NCBI RefSeq assembly: GCF_902459465.1
Contig: NC_047064.1
Location: 7,750,001-7,814,000 of the forward strand
Direction: 5' to 3'
DNA: 64,000 nt
From: Asterias rubens
Lineage: Eukaryota
The translations under genes and the position numbers were made by a program. The number at the start of each line of letters is the position of its first letter. Positions within the stretch are counted from its first letter, which is position 1. Shown here in pieces: positions 25,864-38,890 of the stretch. The notes under the pieces are model-generated. The model searched no databases. It was not told where the DNA came from and saw only the letters and a list, made by a program, of their open reading frames with translations.

Positions 25864-26406
25864 CCAAACGGTCTACATACCATTGTAACCTGTGACGTCA
25901 CATGCTTGCTAGAAGAGCCACATGTAGTGGACTTTCTGCAGGCACGATTTGTACCCAGCCAAATGGAAGAATGTACTCCTAAAAAAGGGCCATTAATCAG
26001 TGACATCGTGGTTTATGATAATTATTTGTGTTATACCAACACCGATGTTGTATGGGTCAAACACAAATATTATTCTTGATCCGGTATCATCCCTGATGCA
26101 AGTTTAGATACAATTTGAAAGTTCCTAGTTATCTTGCATAATTAATATTCCATTTCGAAATCAATTGTGTTACCATCCCTTGTTTATTTATATTATATCT
26201 ACAGAGAAAGTTTTATGGGACAAGGTGAATTTCCGTAGGCATAAAACAAATATGCTATGTTGGCGTAACGCCCCCCCCCCCCAAAGATAGGGTAGGTAGG
26301 TAGGGATTCCCCCCCCCCCCCACCCTCTCAGCAACGAAAATGACATGTTTTACGCGATAACAAAATAAAACAAGGCTACACACAACAAAAGTAGTATAAT
26401 TATTTT

Positions 26407-26776
26407 TTAAAGACAGTGGACACTATTGGTAATTACTCAAAATAATTATTAACATAAAACCTCACTTGGTAACAAGTAATGGGGAGTTGTTGATGGTATA
26501 AAACATTGTGAGAAGTGCCTCCCTCTGAAGTGCCATAGTTTTTGAGAAAGAAGTAATTTTCCACGAATTTGATTTCGAGACCTCAGATTTAGAATTTTGA
26601 GGTCTCGAAATCAAGCATCTGAAAGCACACAACTTCGTGTGACAAGGGTGTTTTTTCTTTCAGTATTATCTCGCAACTTTGATGACCGATTGAGCTCAAA
26701 TTTTCACAGGTGTGTTATTTTATGCATACGTTAAGACTGGTCTTTGACAATTACCAACAGTGTCCAATGTCTTTAA
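26407..26776 (+). mobile_element. Kolobok-like MITE, family A
   Basis: ttaaagacagtggacactattggtaattactc ... aacagtgtccaatgtctttaa. Confidence 0.9.
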
Positions 26777-27111
26777 AGGAACACGTTGCCTTGGATCGGT
26801 CGAGTTGGTATTTGAAAAGCGTTCCTAACCGTTTGTTATAAAATACGGTTAGAAAGATGCTTTAAAAGTAGAACACAATGATCCACACACATTTGCCTCA
26901 AAATTGCGTGGTTTTCATTATACTTCGCGAACTAACACCGTCGGCCATTTATGGGAGTCAAATTTGACTCCCATAAATTTTGAGGAAAATGTGTGTGGAT
27001 CATTGTATTCTACTTTTAAAGCATCTTTCTAACCGTATTTTATAACAAACGGTTAGGAACGCTTTTCAAATACCAACTCGACCGATCCAAGGCAACGACG
27101 TGTTCCTTTAA
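26773..27111. mobile_element. Palindromic (foldback) TTAA MITE, family B
   Basis: About 125-bp near-perfect arms plus a perfect 32-bp central palindrome at 26947-26978. Shares its left TTAA with the family A copy. Confidence 0.9.
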
Positions 27112-29157
27112 ACTCTTGATGGCATTTATTTTATTTTAAGTCTTTAATAAAACATATCCAGGGTCGGCCGTATTTAGGGTAGGTCGGGTTACGGCAACAT
27201 AATATTTATTTTTGTATGCCTTATTAATAATCTGACCCTAATCTAAAATTATGGTCAGACGCAAAATTTCACAGCACCGAACCGATCGCAATTCCCAACA
27301 TGTAGCGTATAAAAAAAAAATCCTCAATCGATCATTCTACGTGTACCCATTGGTAAACATCAATATTATTTTACAGCTTATCTGCAAAAAAACTAGGTGT
27401 TATATCTTCTACATATGGTTATATCGAGCTTTCTATCGGGGTGTCACCGCTCATCCATCGACCCACGTACGGGGGGGGGGGGTCGGGACAGGGAGCGTCC
27501 CTGGCGGCACTTTCTTTGATCTCGATTGGGCGGAAAATCGCTCCCAGCTGCAGGCTACTGGATTGGCCATACTTCTTGTCAGTTGTAAAATTATTTGAAA
27601 CCGTTATTAAAGGAAGGTTCCACCAGTTGGTATGTGGGAAGATACGGTGACACAATTGTTTTTCTTCAGAAAGTTCACTTCTACATAACCTTTGAAAAAT
27701 TCATACAAAATAATATATATATATTATATATATATTTTTTTTTTGGGGGGGGGGTGGAAATAACACTCAAAACAAAACAAAACAGTCAATTGACTTCTCT
27801 GGATGCGCTCTACAATGTTTTTATTTATTACTATAATTAATATAATGTTTCCACAAAATACAGATGCTTTGTCGACTATAAGATTCAGAACACAGAGTAG
27901 GCCTTTATTTGTTTCAGCTCGGCAATTGCATGTAGGGAATGTAATGGGATTGTATTCAAACACTCACTCGCTGAAAATAATTTAAACAGTTAAAGCCATG
28001 TCACATGAGGCAATTTACGGGCAACCAGTTCCAGGCAATCTCCAAGAAGAAAATGTTCACATATTCTTCTCGTGGATCGTAAGCCATTGTTTAAACAATT
28101 ACCCGTGTGCCACCTAAGTGGTCCTGTAGCATGCACTGCAGTTGGTTGCCTCCAAGTTGCCTGCAAAAGTTGCCTCGTGTGACAAGGCCTTTACTGAGCT
28201 TTCTCACTTTTAGATATACTTTTTTTAGCAAAAATTACGAAAATTGTGACTGCGTTGGTGGTTCATGTAAAGAGAATAATCACAGATAATTATTAATTAT
28301 AGGCCCTGCCTCGTTTTGATTGCAAAATAATCTAAACGACAGAAGAAGCAACGTAGCCACCGCATGAAAATGGTGTCTCTGCAACAGGCATAGCGTATAC
28401 CGTAGAAACCACGTGCCCATACTATTATACGTAGTAAAATCAATAAATTATACCATTTACAATGATGTGAACGTGTGCAATTCAGACCCTGACCTTAAAA
28501 CCCTCATATTAAACACATATTGCCATTGATCTTAAAAATGTATCAATCGAAAACAAGAACAATATATATTAATAAAACATGGGTATACAATTTTAAAAGA
28601 AGAGCAACAAAAAAACATGTCACTTGCAGTTTTCGAAACACATGTTAACACAGTGGGCTGCTTTCATAGTGCCTTTTGAATGTCCATGGGCAATATTGGT
28701 AAACGTCAAAGAATAAGCGAGTATCCACACTGATGTGAACCAACATAACACATAACAAACATGTGGAAATTGAGGCACAATTATGGGTTCGCGATGAGAA
28801 AACAGAGCCCTTTTGTAATTTTAGGACACCGAGTTTCCTATTCTTCAACACTGTATAACAACACTAACAGACACTATATGGACGTGTTCAAGTCCACATA
28901 GTGTTTCAATTCCTACAATGAGGACCTATTGTTTTGGTACACAGTCACGTAGCGTTAACACTGCACAGACCTATGTATAAAATTATGGACATCCAAGGAT
29001 GTTCAACCTCATATTATGCAACGCACGAAATACCCTTTCTTCAATTTTAGAATTATACATCGTTCACCATAAAGCCTCGTGACCCAATTCCGAATCATAA
29101 TACAATTTTACCCACAGTGCTTTTTCTACAAAATGATAATACTTCAACAGCCATACA

Positions 29158-29503
29158 TTAAAACCATTATACACTTTCGGAACAGAAAACAAAATAAAAG
29201 TTCACAGATTTACAAATTACAGGGTTTACAGAAGGTAATGGTAAAAGACTTCTCTTGAAATATTATTCCATGAAATGCTTTACTTTTTGAGAAAACATTT
29301 CAAACAATTATCAATTCTCGACAACGAGAATTACGGATATAGACGTGCGGAAACAAGGGTGGGTTTTCCCGTTATTTTCTCCCGACTCCGATGACCGATT
29401 GAGCCTAAATTTTCACAGGTTTGTTAGTTTATATATAAGTTGTGATACACGAAGTGTGGGCCTTTGGACAATACTGTTTTCCGAAAGTGTAAAATGGCTT
29501 TAA
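29158..29503 (+). mobile_element. TTAA-flanked Kolobok-like MITE, family E
   Basis: Colinear with 1940-2304 over its full length; ends ccgaaagtgtaaaatggctttaa. Confidence 0.85.
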
Positions 29504-30315
29504 ACGAGGAACACCCTGAAAACTGATTACAAACTCGAACACCAATTTGTGATACTCTTAACGTAGGACTAGTCATAGGACTCTTTAGGACTTATTAAAA
29601 TCTTAACGCGAGTCCCAAGTTAAAACCAGTAACTCTTCCTAACTCTAGATAAGACAAGTCCACCCGAGTGCCTTTTTTTTTTAAATTGACACCAACTACT
29701 CGTTGTTGGTTGCACCACTACCGGAGTTGAAGAGTCGAGGGGGGAAAAATCCCCCGAGAAAAAAAAGTCACGCTGGAAACCTCCTGTCAGGCTTTTTATT
29801 GCTACGTACTGCGAAAGGGTCAAGTTCAGGTTTGTTACAGTAATCCGGTATTATGATAACGGTGTATGTGTATGATTTATTTATTAGTGTGAGATCCATG
29901 CTATTGGTGGTATTACGTTACTGCGTCAACTGGTATTGTTTGTAATATTATTGGCGAAGAAAGTGAAATGATTTATTGAAAAGCGCAACAAACGGTGTGA
30001 GAAATCTCCCTCGCTAAAAAAAAAATATCCATATAAGATAAGGGGCATTTGTTGATCAAAGTTCAGCAATAATTGCGGAGTGACCCACCATTACTTACAA
30101 GTATTAAAAAGCGACATATAATAATAATATAATAATAATATCGAAGTATTATTATAGCGCACGTATCAAGGTTAGGCGCTTAGTGTAAGTGCCATTAAAG
30201 GGGAAAACATTAAAGTTTTAAAGGTAAGTCATTATTACTATTATTACTAGTTTTTCCAAAGCAAGTTGAAGGAAACATTTACACACAAAAGTCATCAAAC
30301 GCATAGAAAGGGGAC

Positions 30316-30725
30316 TTAAAGGGTGTATGTACTTTTTCCTAACCAAAACACAATGTCCACAGATTTACATTAAACTTACACAGTTTAAAGATTATGGTAG
30401 TAGAAAGCTTTCCTTGAAATTTTACTGATTGAGGTGCTGTAGTTTTTGAGAAATGAGTAAAACAAAATATTTTCGTCTCAGTTTTAGTATGTAAAAACGT
30501 CATAACCAGTTAAGCTATGGTTTTGGTATAATATCATAACTGGTTAATGGGATTTTACCTGCTAAAATAATTTTCGTCTTCCTGAGACCAAAACTATTGG
30601 TTACTTGTTTTACTCATATTTTCTCAAAAACTACACAACCTCAGTTAATAATATTTAAAGGGAAGCTTTCCATTTTAATTGTCTTGAAACCCTGTAAGTT
30701 TAATGTAAATCTGTGAATCCTTTAA
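30316..30725. mobile_element. TTAA foldback MITE, family F
   Basis: cacagatttacattaaacttac...gaaagctt...gaggtgctgtagtttttgagaaatgagtaaaac is mirrored at the right end. Partial copy at about 15240-15410. Confidence 0.7.
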
Positions 30726-30780
30726 GCGGTTTTTTTTTTGCTGAAAAATAAATAAAATAACTTCTGCATAACATGATGGG

Positions 30781-31470
30781 TTATTGGTCTCATCGTAAAC
30801 AGCGACTACACTTCCCAACCAACCTACCAACCTACCCCACCCAACTCTTCCCATTTCAACTTGCCCACCCAGCACCTCTTCCCACCCCATAATACCCCTT
30901 GCGACCTACCCAATCCAACTTATCGCAACTTACTGAATAAGATATTTGGTTATTGGTCTTTTCGTAAACATCGGTCACACTTCCCACCTCGTTCCAACCT
31001 ATACCCTCTCCAACCTATCCCTTCCCCACCGCCACCCACATGTACCAATTCCTATTTTAACCTCTTTCCACTCCTCCAACTTGTCAAAACTCTTCCCAAC
31101 TCATCCCCCTCCAGTCCAGCCTAAATAAAACTTTTCTGCCCTACCCGCTTCATATACCTATAGGTCCCCACCCCGCCTTTTCATCCTAACCCTCCCAACC
31201 TAGCCCAATCACCTCCTACGCCTTACTACCCCACCCCACCTCTTCTTACCTCCTACCCCTCCCAACCTACCTAGCTATTCTAACCTCCTAACCGCCTTCC
31301 AACCTACCACATCCACCTCCTAACATTTCCAACCGATCCCCGCCCCTACTTCTTCCAACCATCCTTCCTTTCAATCTACTCCACATCGTCCCTCGTCCTG
31401 GGGAGTCCACCCACACCCTTCCCCACCCACCACTTCCTTCCCTATCACCCCTGTCCGTCCACACACTCGC
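30781..31470. repeat. C-rich, G-poor low-complexity tract
   Basis: Dominated by ccaacc/cctacc/ttccc; an approximately 170-bp internal duplication begins ttattggtc...cgtaaaca...cacttccc. Confidence 0.9.
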
Positions 31471-32027
31471 CTGATTGTCTTCGCATCATCAGCTGTGAAG
31501 ATATAATTAATTGGACAAAGCCAATTTTGAAAAAAATAGAAGGCCCCTATATGATAATATAAATCAGCGACTGGGAACTCTTCTTTTAGCGCGATGATGC
31601 GTGAACGAAACCATTTAATATTATACACGACGCAATATACACGGAGCCCTTGGCTCACAGAGAGAGAGCCGCCCTGTCCCCCATCTCAAAACACTAATCG
31701 CCGACAAATGACCGGTAGTAATTGCAAGAAATATATAGACGTTTTAAGTATTTATCTGGTTGAGACTAGGTGATGGGGCGCCGCGAATAAAGTAGTGGAA
31801 GCCAGTCAGGCAGGGACAGCTCATCGGCTGGAGGCCATCCCATCTTGTGAAACCATTTTATTTATTTTATATAATATGTATCTTTTTTAACTTCATTAAC
31901 TGAAGAGTGACTGAAACGCTAATGATGCATCCGATACGCCCTTCGCTGAATATCATCAGCAGTCAAAATATACAAAAAAATTATATAAAGATACCATGAA
32001 ATAATTATGGTTTAACATGGCTTTGTC

Positions 32028-32042
32028 GGACTTTATGGCGCC
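32028..32042 (-). promoter_or_regulatory. Candidate BMP activating element GGCGCCA-N4-GTCC
   Basis: Minus strand reads GGCGCC-ATAAA-GTCC, an exact match to GGCGYC-N5-GTCV. Motif match only. Confidence 0.5.
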
Positions 32043-33686
32043 CCGTCTTCAGGCGGGACATTGTGGGATATTTATTATGAATTGGAATTTACACGATAAT
32101 TATTGTCATTTATCTCATAATTGGAAATGTCCTTTCCACGAACTGAATTGGCACGACTCGTTCAGATAAAATCAACGAGGAAAAAAAAATCAAGCAGAAA
32201 TATACTTGTTACTGGGTGGCTAAGTTAATAAGTGTACCTAACTCGATTGAAGTATTGACATTGTAAAAGTAAATCAACGTTTCAAGAACCCCACTGGGTG
32301 GACCTACTGGCGACACTGTGGAAAGTACAGCAATGGTTATCGAAATAAACATTTTCCAACAAAATTGATTAATAAAGGCACTGAACACGGTGATATTGTC
32401 AAAGACCAGTATTCTCACTTAGTGAATCCCACCATATTCATTGATGTTGAAAAAAAAAACAATTAAATAAAAATAACCCTTTTTGCACAAGTTTGTGGGC
32501 TTCCAGATGAACAACAACATTTGAGTGGGAAATTACATCCTTGTCAAACACTGATGAGGCTGGTGTCAGCTTTTCTGAAAAAGTAAAAGCTCCCAGACTG
32601 AATATCGCTTAAAAATGTTTTCGATCCTGACGCCTTAACCAAATCGTGTTTCCACGTTTTAAATTGGAAAGACACATTGTAATTGAAACCTTGCCAAAGA
32701 TCGTTACGTCGACACATGGTCCCAATGGCGTAACCAGATTTTTTTTTTTTTTTTTGGGGGGGGGGGGGCACAGATTTGCAGGGTGCAGGACAAGAGGTGA
32801 GAGGCATATTGCATTATCCCTATAAATTATGTTGGTGGGGGCTTCTAACCAATAGTTATTTATTACCATTAAACGAGTGGTTACCAAACGTCCTTTTAAA
32901 CAGAAACAACTCATAAACCTCCAATCACATCTTCCCCAGGATGACAATGTCCACTCGAGGCCACCGTACCCCACACCAAAAGGAGAAAGGGATGACACCA
33001 AAGTTACTGTACAAAAAAAGTTTTTGTGATGTTATAATTTTGTCATAATTTTTTTTTTATTTGATTGCCGACGTTTAATTGAAAATGACAAGTTGGCTAA
33101 TGGGGCGGGGACGCGCCGCTATATTTCAATGAGTGTCGCCAACTTCGTGAATAAGGGCAACCAAAGAGTATTCCCCATGTAGTTCTCATCGCGAACTTAT
33201 GTCATATCCTGTGGTAAATACCGGCAGTGATAATTAAAGACTTTTTTTGTGTGCAATATTTGTATTTTGTGCGATGTATTCGGCGCGCAGAGGCCGCAGG
33301 CCGTTTTGGCTCCACAGGGTGTATGTAGGATTTTCATGTTAAGTGGGGGAGGGCACACCTTAGCAAAATATTAATATATTTTATTTTTTATGTACGTATG
33401 AGGCCTGCATGACCAAAATCGGTTCTTGCCAGGGCGGACAACGACAAAATGCTCAAACCCTCACTCTGCTGATTGGAAACCCCAGAGCTTGAGTCCAGTG
33501 ATGATTTGCTTGACCGCTCGGTCACGACACGCCACAACAAGCTCATATACCAGACCCCTTACCACCCACCTGCTTAGCTCATGCAGCCCCACTAATAAAC
33601 CACAATTCAATCAATCGAAAACTTACACCTTCTTAATGGTTTTGTTCACAAGATCAAACTGAGTTCATCGAACCACTGGGAAAGAC

Positions 33687-33877
33687 GGTTCAATTTCATA
33701 GAGCTACTGAACAAAAAGTAGCTAAGCACAACAAAACCATGCTTACCAGAATAAGGTTACCATCCAAACTACCACGTCACATTTTCAATTTGTTACTGGT
33801 GTCCTGCTCATTTCTGCTTAGCAGACAATTGTTAAGCAATATTCTCAGCTTAAGCAGCTCTATGAAATTTGGGGCAG
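33687..33877. mobile_element. Harbinger-like MITE, family D (CWG target)
   Basis: TIRs caatttcatagagct / agctctatgaaattt; body shared with other D copies. Confidence 0.75.
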
Positions 33878-34234
33878 AGCTTTAAGGAACACCTTATTGC
33901 AAAAAACAACATTATTCCGTTATTAAAAGCATGGAGGTAGTCAATGAACTAACCCCATACCTCGAGTCCACCCTTTACCGAACACAAACCCTTCACGAGT
34001 CCGTTTGCTATTCTAAACCTCGGATATTGTCTTTTGTTTTCAATTTCTCCAAGTCCCAATTTCCGGCCATTTTAATTATCCTTTCAACCGCTCTAAATTG
34101 CAAAGGTAGTGGGTCCGAATCCAACCCGAGTATGCCTGTGATTAGTTTTTGTGTTTTTACAAAGCTCGGTAAAGTACTGAATACAGGTGAAACCAAAATT
34201 AATTTTGTGTAATCCAAGCGGTGTATTTATACCA

Positions 34235-35125
34235 TCTTCCCGATTATTGACTCACTCTAACAACATGTGGTTTGTCAATCCCTTTTTACTCGTTCACAGA
34301 AAGAAAGAAAAGCGAGTCAGCTCTTTCTGACTATTGGCACATATTTTAACAACACCATGGTATTTCAATTCCTTTACTCATTCACAACAAAATAATGTGT
34401 ATACAAATAAAACAGAAAGAAAATTGGTATCACTCACAACTTTGTTTCAGAAAGGCGCTTTTCGACTCTACTTCACAACACGTGGTTTGTCAATTCCTTA
34501 TTACTCCTTCGCAAAAAAAGTATGTATATACCTACAGAAAGGACAGTGATCATAAGTTCACAAGTATGTTCCAGAGAGGCAGCGCTTTCCGACTTTTGAC
34601 TTAAATTCTAACATCACGGTGGCTTGTCAATTTCTTTTAACTCCTTCACAAACAATGTGTAGGCCTGTGTATCAATAAAAACAGAAATAATTTGTTTTTG
34701 TATCATACACAACTTTGTTTTGGAAATTCAGCTCTCAACACGTGGTTTGACCATTCCTTTTCCTCCTTCACAAAAAAAACGTATGTATGTTAATTAAAGC
34801 CAGAAAGAAAGAAAAAAGAACATTTACAACCCTATATCATATATATATTTTTAATAATATATTTTTAATAATAGATGTTAAATTTGCATCGGGGATAATC
34901 AATATGAATTTATATTTTGTTCACAGGACTCGGGAAAGTACTCAGTTTTATTACAGTGCTTACAAATCGGTGTATGGGTAAAAATCAAAATTAATATTCA
35001 CAACGCTGTTTCAGAAAGTCAGCTCTTCCCGACTATTGACTACTTTTTACTCTTTTATAAACAAAACAATATAGTGAAAGGGATAATTCACAACTCTGTT
35101 CCAGAAAGTCAGAGTCACACCACGG
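34235..35125 (+). repeat. Degenerate tandem repeat, about 120-135 bp unit
   Basis: Recurrent caacacgtggtttgtcaattcctt..actccttcac and cacaactttgtttcagaaag motifs, interrupted by a family H insertion. Confidence 0.75.
34868..35001. mobile_element. Dispersed palindromic repeat family H
   Basis: Core gaactcgggaaagtactgagt...atcggtgtatgggtaaaa. Related pieces at about 26020-26108, 34145-34235, 60738-60815 and (reverse) 61940-62040. Confidence 0.7.
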
Positions 35126-37344
35126 TCAACCAACGTGTGATTTACATTGTTCAGTGGGGAAAAAATCGCGAGGTATGACAATTAATAACCCTGAATGTAC
35201 TTGGGTTGTGGTGTAGAGTGGAGGCCTATAATAACCTTGATGAAGCCTCTAGCGATGTAGTAAACAGGCCACTAATTTCCGCAACCGCGCACATCTAATG
35301 ACTCTAGGCGCCAAAAGTCTACTCACAGAAAATTCTGCAAAACACATCTAAATTGGTCCGTGCTGGCGGTAATCGTTGGAGCAGTCTGATGGTTTTTTAT
35401 TTATCTCTCTCTTCTTACTAACGATTACGTCAAAAGTATTTTATAAATTATGAAACCACCGAGTGAGGATAGCTTGAATTAGCCTGTTTAGCAATCGATT
35501 CATTCTGCTGAGAGGGCTGTCAGTGATGGCAAAGACACTATACTTTTCTCAGTGGATTGACATTGGAGGCGACAGTTGGTTTAAATAACTGATTTTGGTT
35601 TAGCGCGGGAGGAAAACTGACGAGATTTTTTGTGTCATGGTGTATTTCAATGTCAAACCATGGAGGAAGGAAAAGAACAAACTGATCATCAGATAAGCAA
35701 CTCGGTGGCACCAAGGGGGGGGGGGGTCTCTCGAATCACCCCCCCCCCCCCGCAATGCGGAATTGTAATTACTGCAGATTAGATCATACTCACTTTCTTT
35801 CTTCTGTGTACTGCTGGTATGCATCTTTTACAGGGTGAGTGACCGCACACTATCATTGGACGACTGCAAGGTTTGAATGTTGAAATAAGATGATGTTGAA
35901 TTATTCACAATATTTGGTTCTAACCTTTTACTTTTAATAAAGTATGGAAGCTTATTGCCACCACATGAATTAAAAAACACTCAAAATTATCGTGTACGTA
36001 CACGTTAATCAAAACTAATTATCGTGTACATATTTATTTACTTAGACAGGATAGTATTTATATCAGTATTACAACTTCTAGGCCTACCCCTGAAGGTCAC
36101 ATGCCTGCGTGTACATCAATAAAAAGTAACATTCATTATTAGAAAATATGAAAATACAGAGCAATAAAATAATCTATGAATCATAACAGAAAGTAAAAAA
36201 ATCAAAGGTCGTATAGGTAAGGTTAGAATAAAAATAATTTAAACACATCATAAATGCAGGGTGCATGAAAGTCAAAATTTGACAATATTTAAACTAAATA
36301 CAAGCCGGTGGACTACATCATCGCATTGCAGATAGTATATAGAGCACATCATATTTTATAACAAAATAAATGACAGAAGCAGGTATAACAGTCAAAACGG
36401 CAATATTCGGACTTAACAATAATAATGGCCCTACACACATTAAAATCGGAAACCACAATAATAATTATTTAAAATTAATTTGTATAAAACAAAAAGAGAC
36501 AAGTTATGCAGGGCAATGTAACAGATTAATGACAGATTGTAACAGAAAATAAGATATAAAACAAATTAGATAAGAGTGTATGGTACAATAAAGTGTAAAA
36601 GTTAAAGCATAATAATATTACGTGCATCTGAATGATATAGTCACCAAAGCATCCAAATGGAAACATCACACAAATTTTGTATAGGGAAGACAATAAAGAA
36701 ATTTCAGTTGCATGAAGGTGGAAATAGAAATGCTGTAAAAAGACCGATTTATGATAATCTTAGTATTTACACGGGTTCCACGAGGCCTACCCCTATTCTA
36801 CATGTTGAAGTTAAATAAACTGACCGATAAAGCTTACCTTCAGAGACGTTAAATCACATCGAATGATCGTTTTTACATCCACAGTGTTTACAAAAATCAA
36901 GCATGGATGAAGGTAGCCAGTTTAAATCTCGCGTCTCGGCATCGATCCGTCGAGTACCCCGACCCATACTACAGTTATGTTTATCAGGTGTTAGGCGGTA
37001 ATGGGAACCTGACTATTTCTTTGGCTGGTTCCTATCACGTGTGCCTGCACAATACCACAGGGGTACGCAACTGGCTCCCGCAAAATCTCGCGAGGCGACC
37101 CAAGCAAACGGCACACGCTGATAGGTTCTCTATGGTTAGGATAGTGATTTTTTTCTGCAGCATAGTTCATCAATAGTCAAACTATGCAGCAGAAGAAATA
37201 ACGCTGGCCGTGAGGCATTTTTGTTTCTGTATATCTAAATTGCCAATGTCATATAGCGATTTTGAATGCGGATTTTTCACCCTTCTAAATCGATTCAAAA
37301 AAGGAAATCCTTTATTTCATAAAGCCTCAAATCCAAACAAAAGT

Positions 37345-38890
37345 TACTGGGCACAGAAAAATATTGCTTAGCAGAAACAATCATCAACAAGTCCTCAGAG
37401 TTTACATTGTTATGACTCTTGCCCCGCCCATTTTTTGCTAAGCCTAGAAATTTCCTGAGATAGTATATTTTTTTTTTTGCTGAACAGCTTTACGAAATCG
37501 GGCACAGGGCCCATTTTCATTAGCTGCTTATTGCCTAGCAGAAAATATTGCTTAGCAAAACTCAGCAGGATACCAGTCACAAATCTATATGTGGCACAAT
37601 AGTTTGGGTGGTAATTTTATTCTTGAAAGGTTTACTCTATGCTAAGCTACTTAAGCAGCTCTATGAAATTTGGACCAGGCAAAGACATTATTTTGGTTGG
37701 AGGTCCTTCCTCCATGGTTGGATTAAAGACGAGGACTATATGAACAAAGCGAAGACCTTTTTTGTTTTAAATTGGACAAGTCTAATCCTCTGCGTTCAAA
37801 TTAATTAGCCACTTTGCACAACTTATGGTTCACCCCTTTAGAGTTAGCAAAGCTATGCAACTTTAAAGAACCGTTCAACGTTTGTGGTAAACTTTTCTAA
37901 CTGGGCACTCCCCCCCCCCCCTCCAAGCCAAATCGGTCATCAATTCTATCAACAGATCATTTTTTACTTCTCGAAATTAGAGAAAGTTGTCCGCCCGAGT
38001 CAAATGATCGGCTACAAGAGGTCGTCAGGCCAGGGGTCCGGGGGGCGCCACGACTTCTCTATCAGTCACTCCGGTCACCACCCGGGCAGAGCCTCACCTC
38101 CTTAATCAATCCTTTCCGATCCTCATCAAGCATTAGGTCATGCGATGACAGACCCTGTCAGCACCTCGACCCAACCAATGTGATTAGCCAACCAAGTACG
38201 AGACCGAACTCAGAGTTCTCGTAACTTTTTTGGAGTCCATCTTTATATAAAGAACCCTGGATGAAAACCACGCATACCACAGCCAGGGTCCAGTTTCGTA
38301 GAGCTGCTTAAGCACAAAAGTATGCCAAGCACCACCAAATTATGCTTACCAGGAAAAAAGTTATCAGCCAAACTACCATGTTTCACTTACCATGTGGTAT
38401 CCTGCTCATTCCTGCTGAGCACAAAGTTGTTAAACACTTGAAGCGGCCTGTACGTAGGGCCCAATTTCATAGAGCATGCAAATCATAACAACATGCTTAG
38501 CACAGCAATTGCTTAACAGATACCGGTTACCAGCCCAAATTCCATTTAACTTTACATTGTCAAAACTATTGCCCCACTCGCTTTTTTTCTGAGCAAAGAA
38601 ATTTGCTATGCAGTATTTTCTGCTTAATAGCTTTACTACAGCTGTAATGCTCTTTTGTATATAGTTTGGGGCTTGGGCGATACAACCAACCTACAGGCCC
38701 AATTTCATAATGCCCATAAAGCAAGAAGTATTGCTAAGCACAGAATAAATGCTGCTTAGCAGAGCCAGGTTATCAGCCAAAACTTCACAAGGTTTACAAT
38801 GTTGCCGCCGGTGCCCCACCCGTTTCTTGCTCAGCAAACCAATTTGCTGATCAGCATTTTCTGCTAAACAGCTTTTTATAAAATTGATAC
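37345..38890. mobile_element. Cluster of five family D Harbinger-like MITEs
   Basis: Copies at about 37347-37507, 37505-37678, 38284-38440, 38455-38635 and 38694-38890, identified by ggcccaatttcat-like termini and shared gcttagca/gctaagca body motifs. Confidence 0.7.

Larger units (their letters stand above)
26236..27223. mobile_element. Older host MITE with about 35-bp TIRs containing the A and B insertions
   Basis: taggcataaaacaaatatgctatgttggcgtaac at the left is approximately the reverse complement of gttacggcaacataatatttatttttgtatgcctta at the right. Confidence 0.5.

Noticed and set aside
28868-28905. Hairpin acactatatggac/gtccacatagtgt as a pre-miRNA
   Set aside because: Stem is only about 13-15 bp, too short; no known miRNA recognised.
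35307-35320. GGCGCC-AAAA-GTCT as a BMP response element
   Set aside because: The spacer is 4 bp, and the established composite needs 5 bp. Kept only as weak support for the island.
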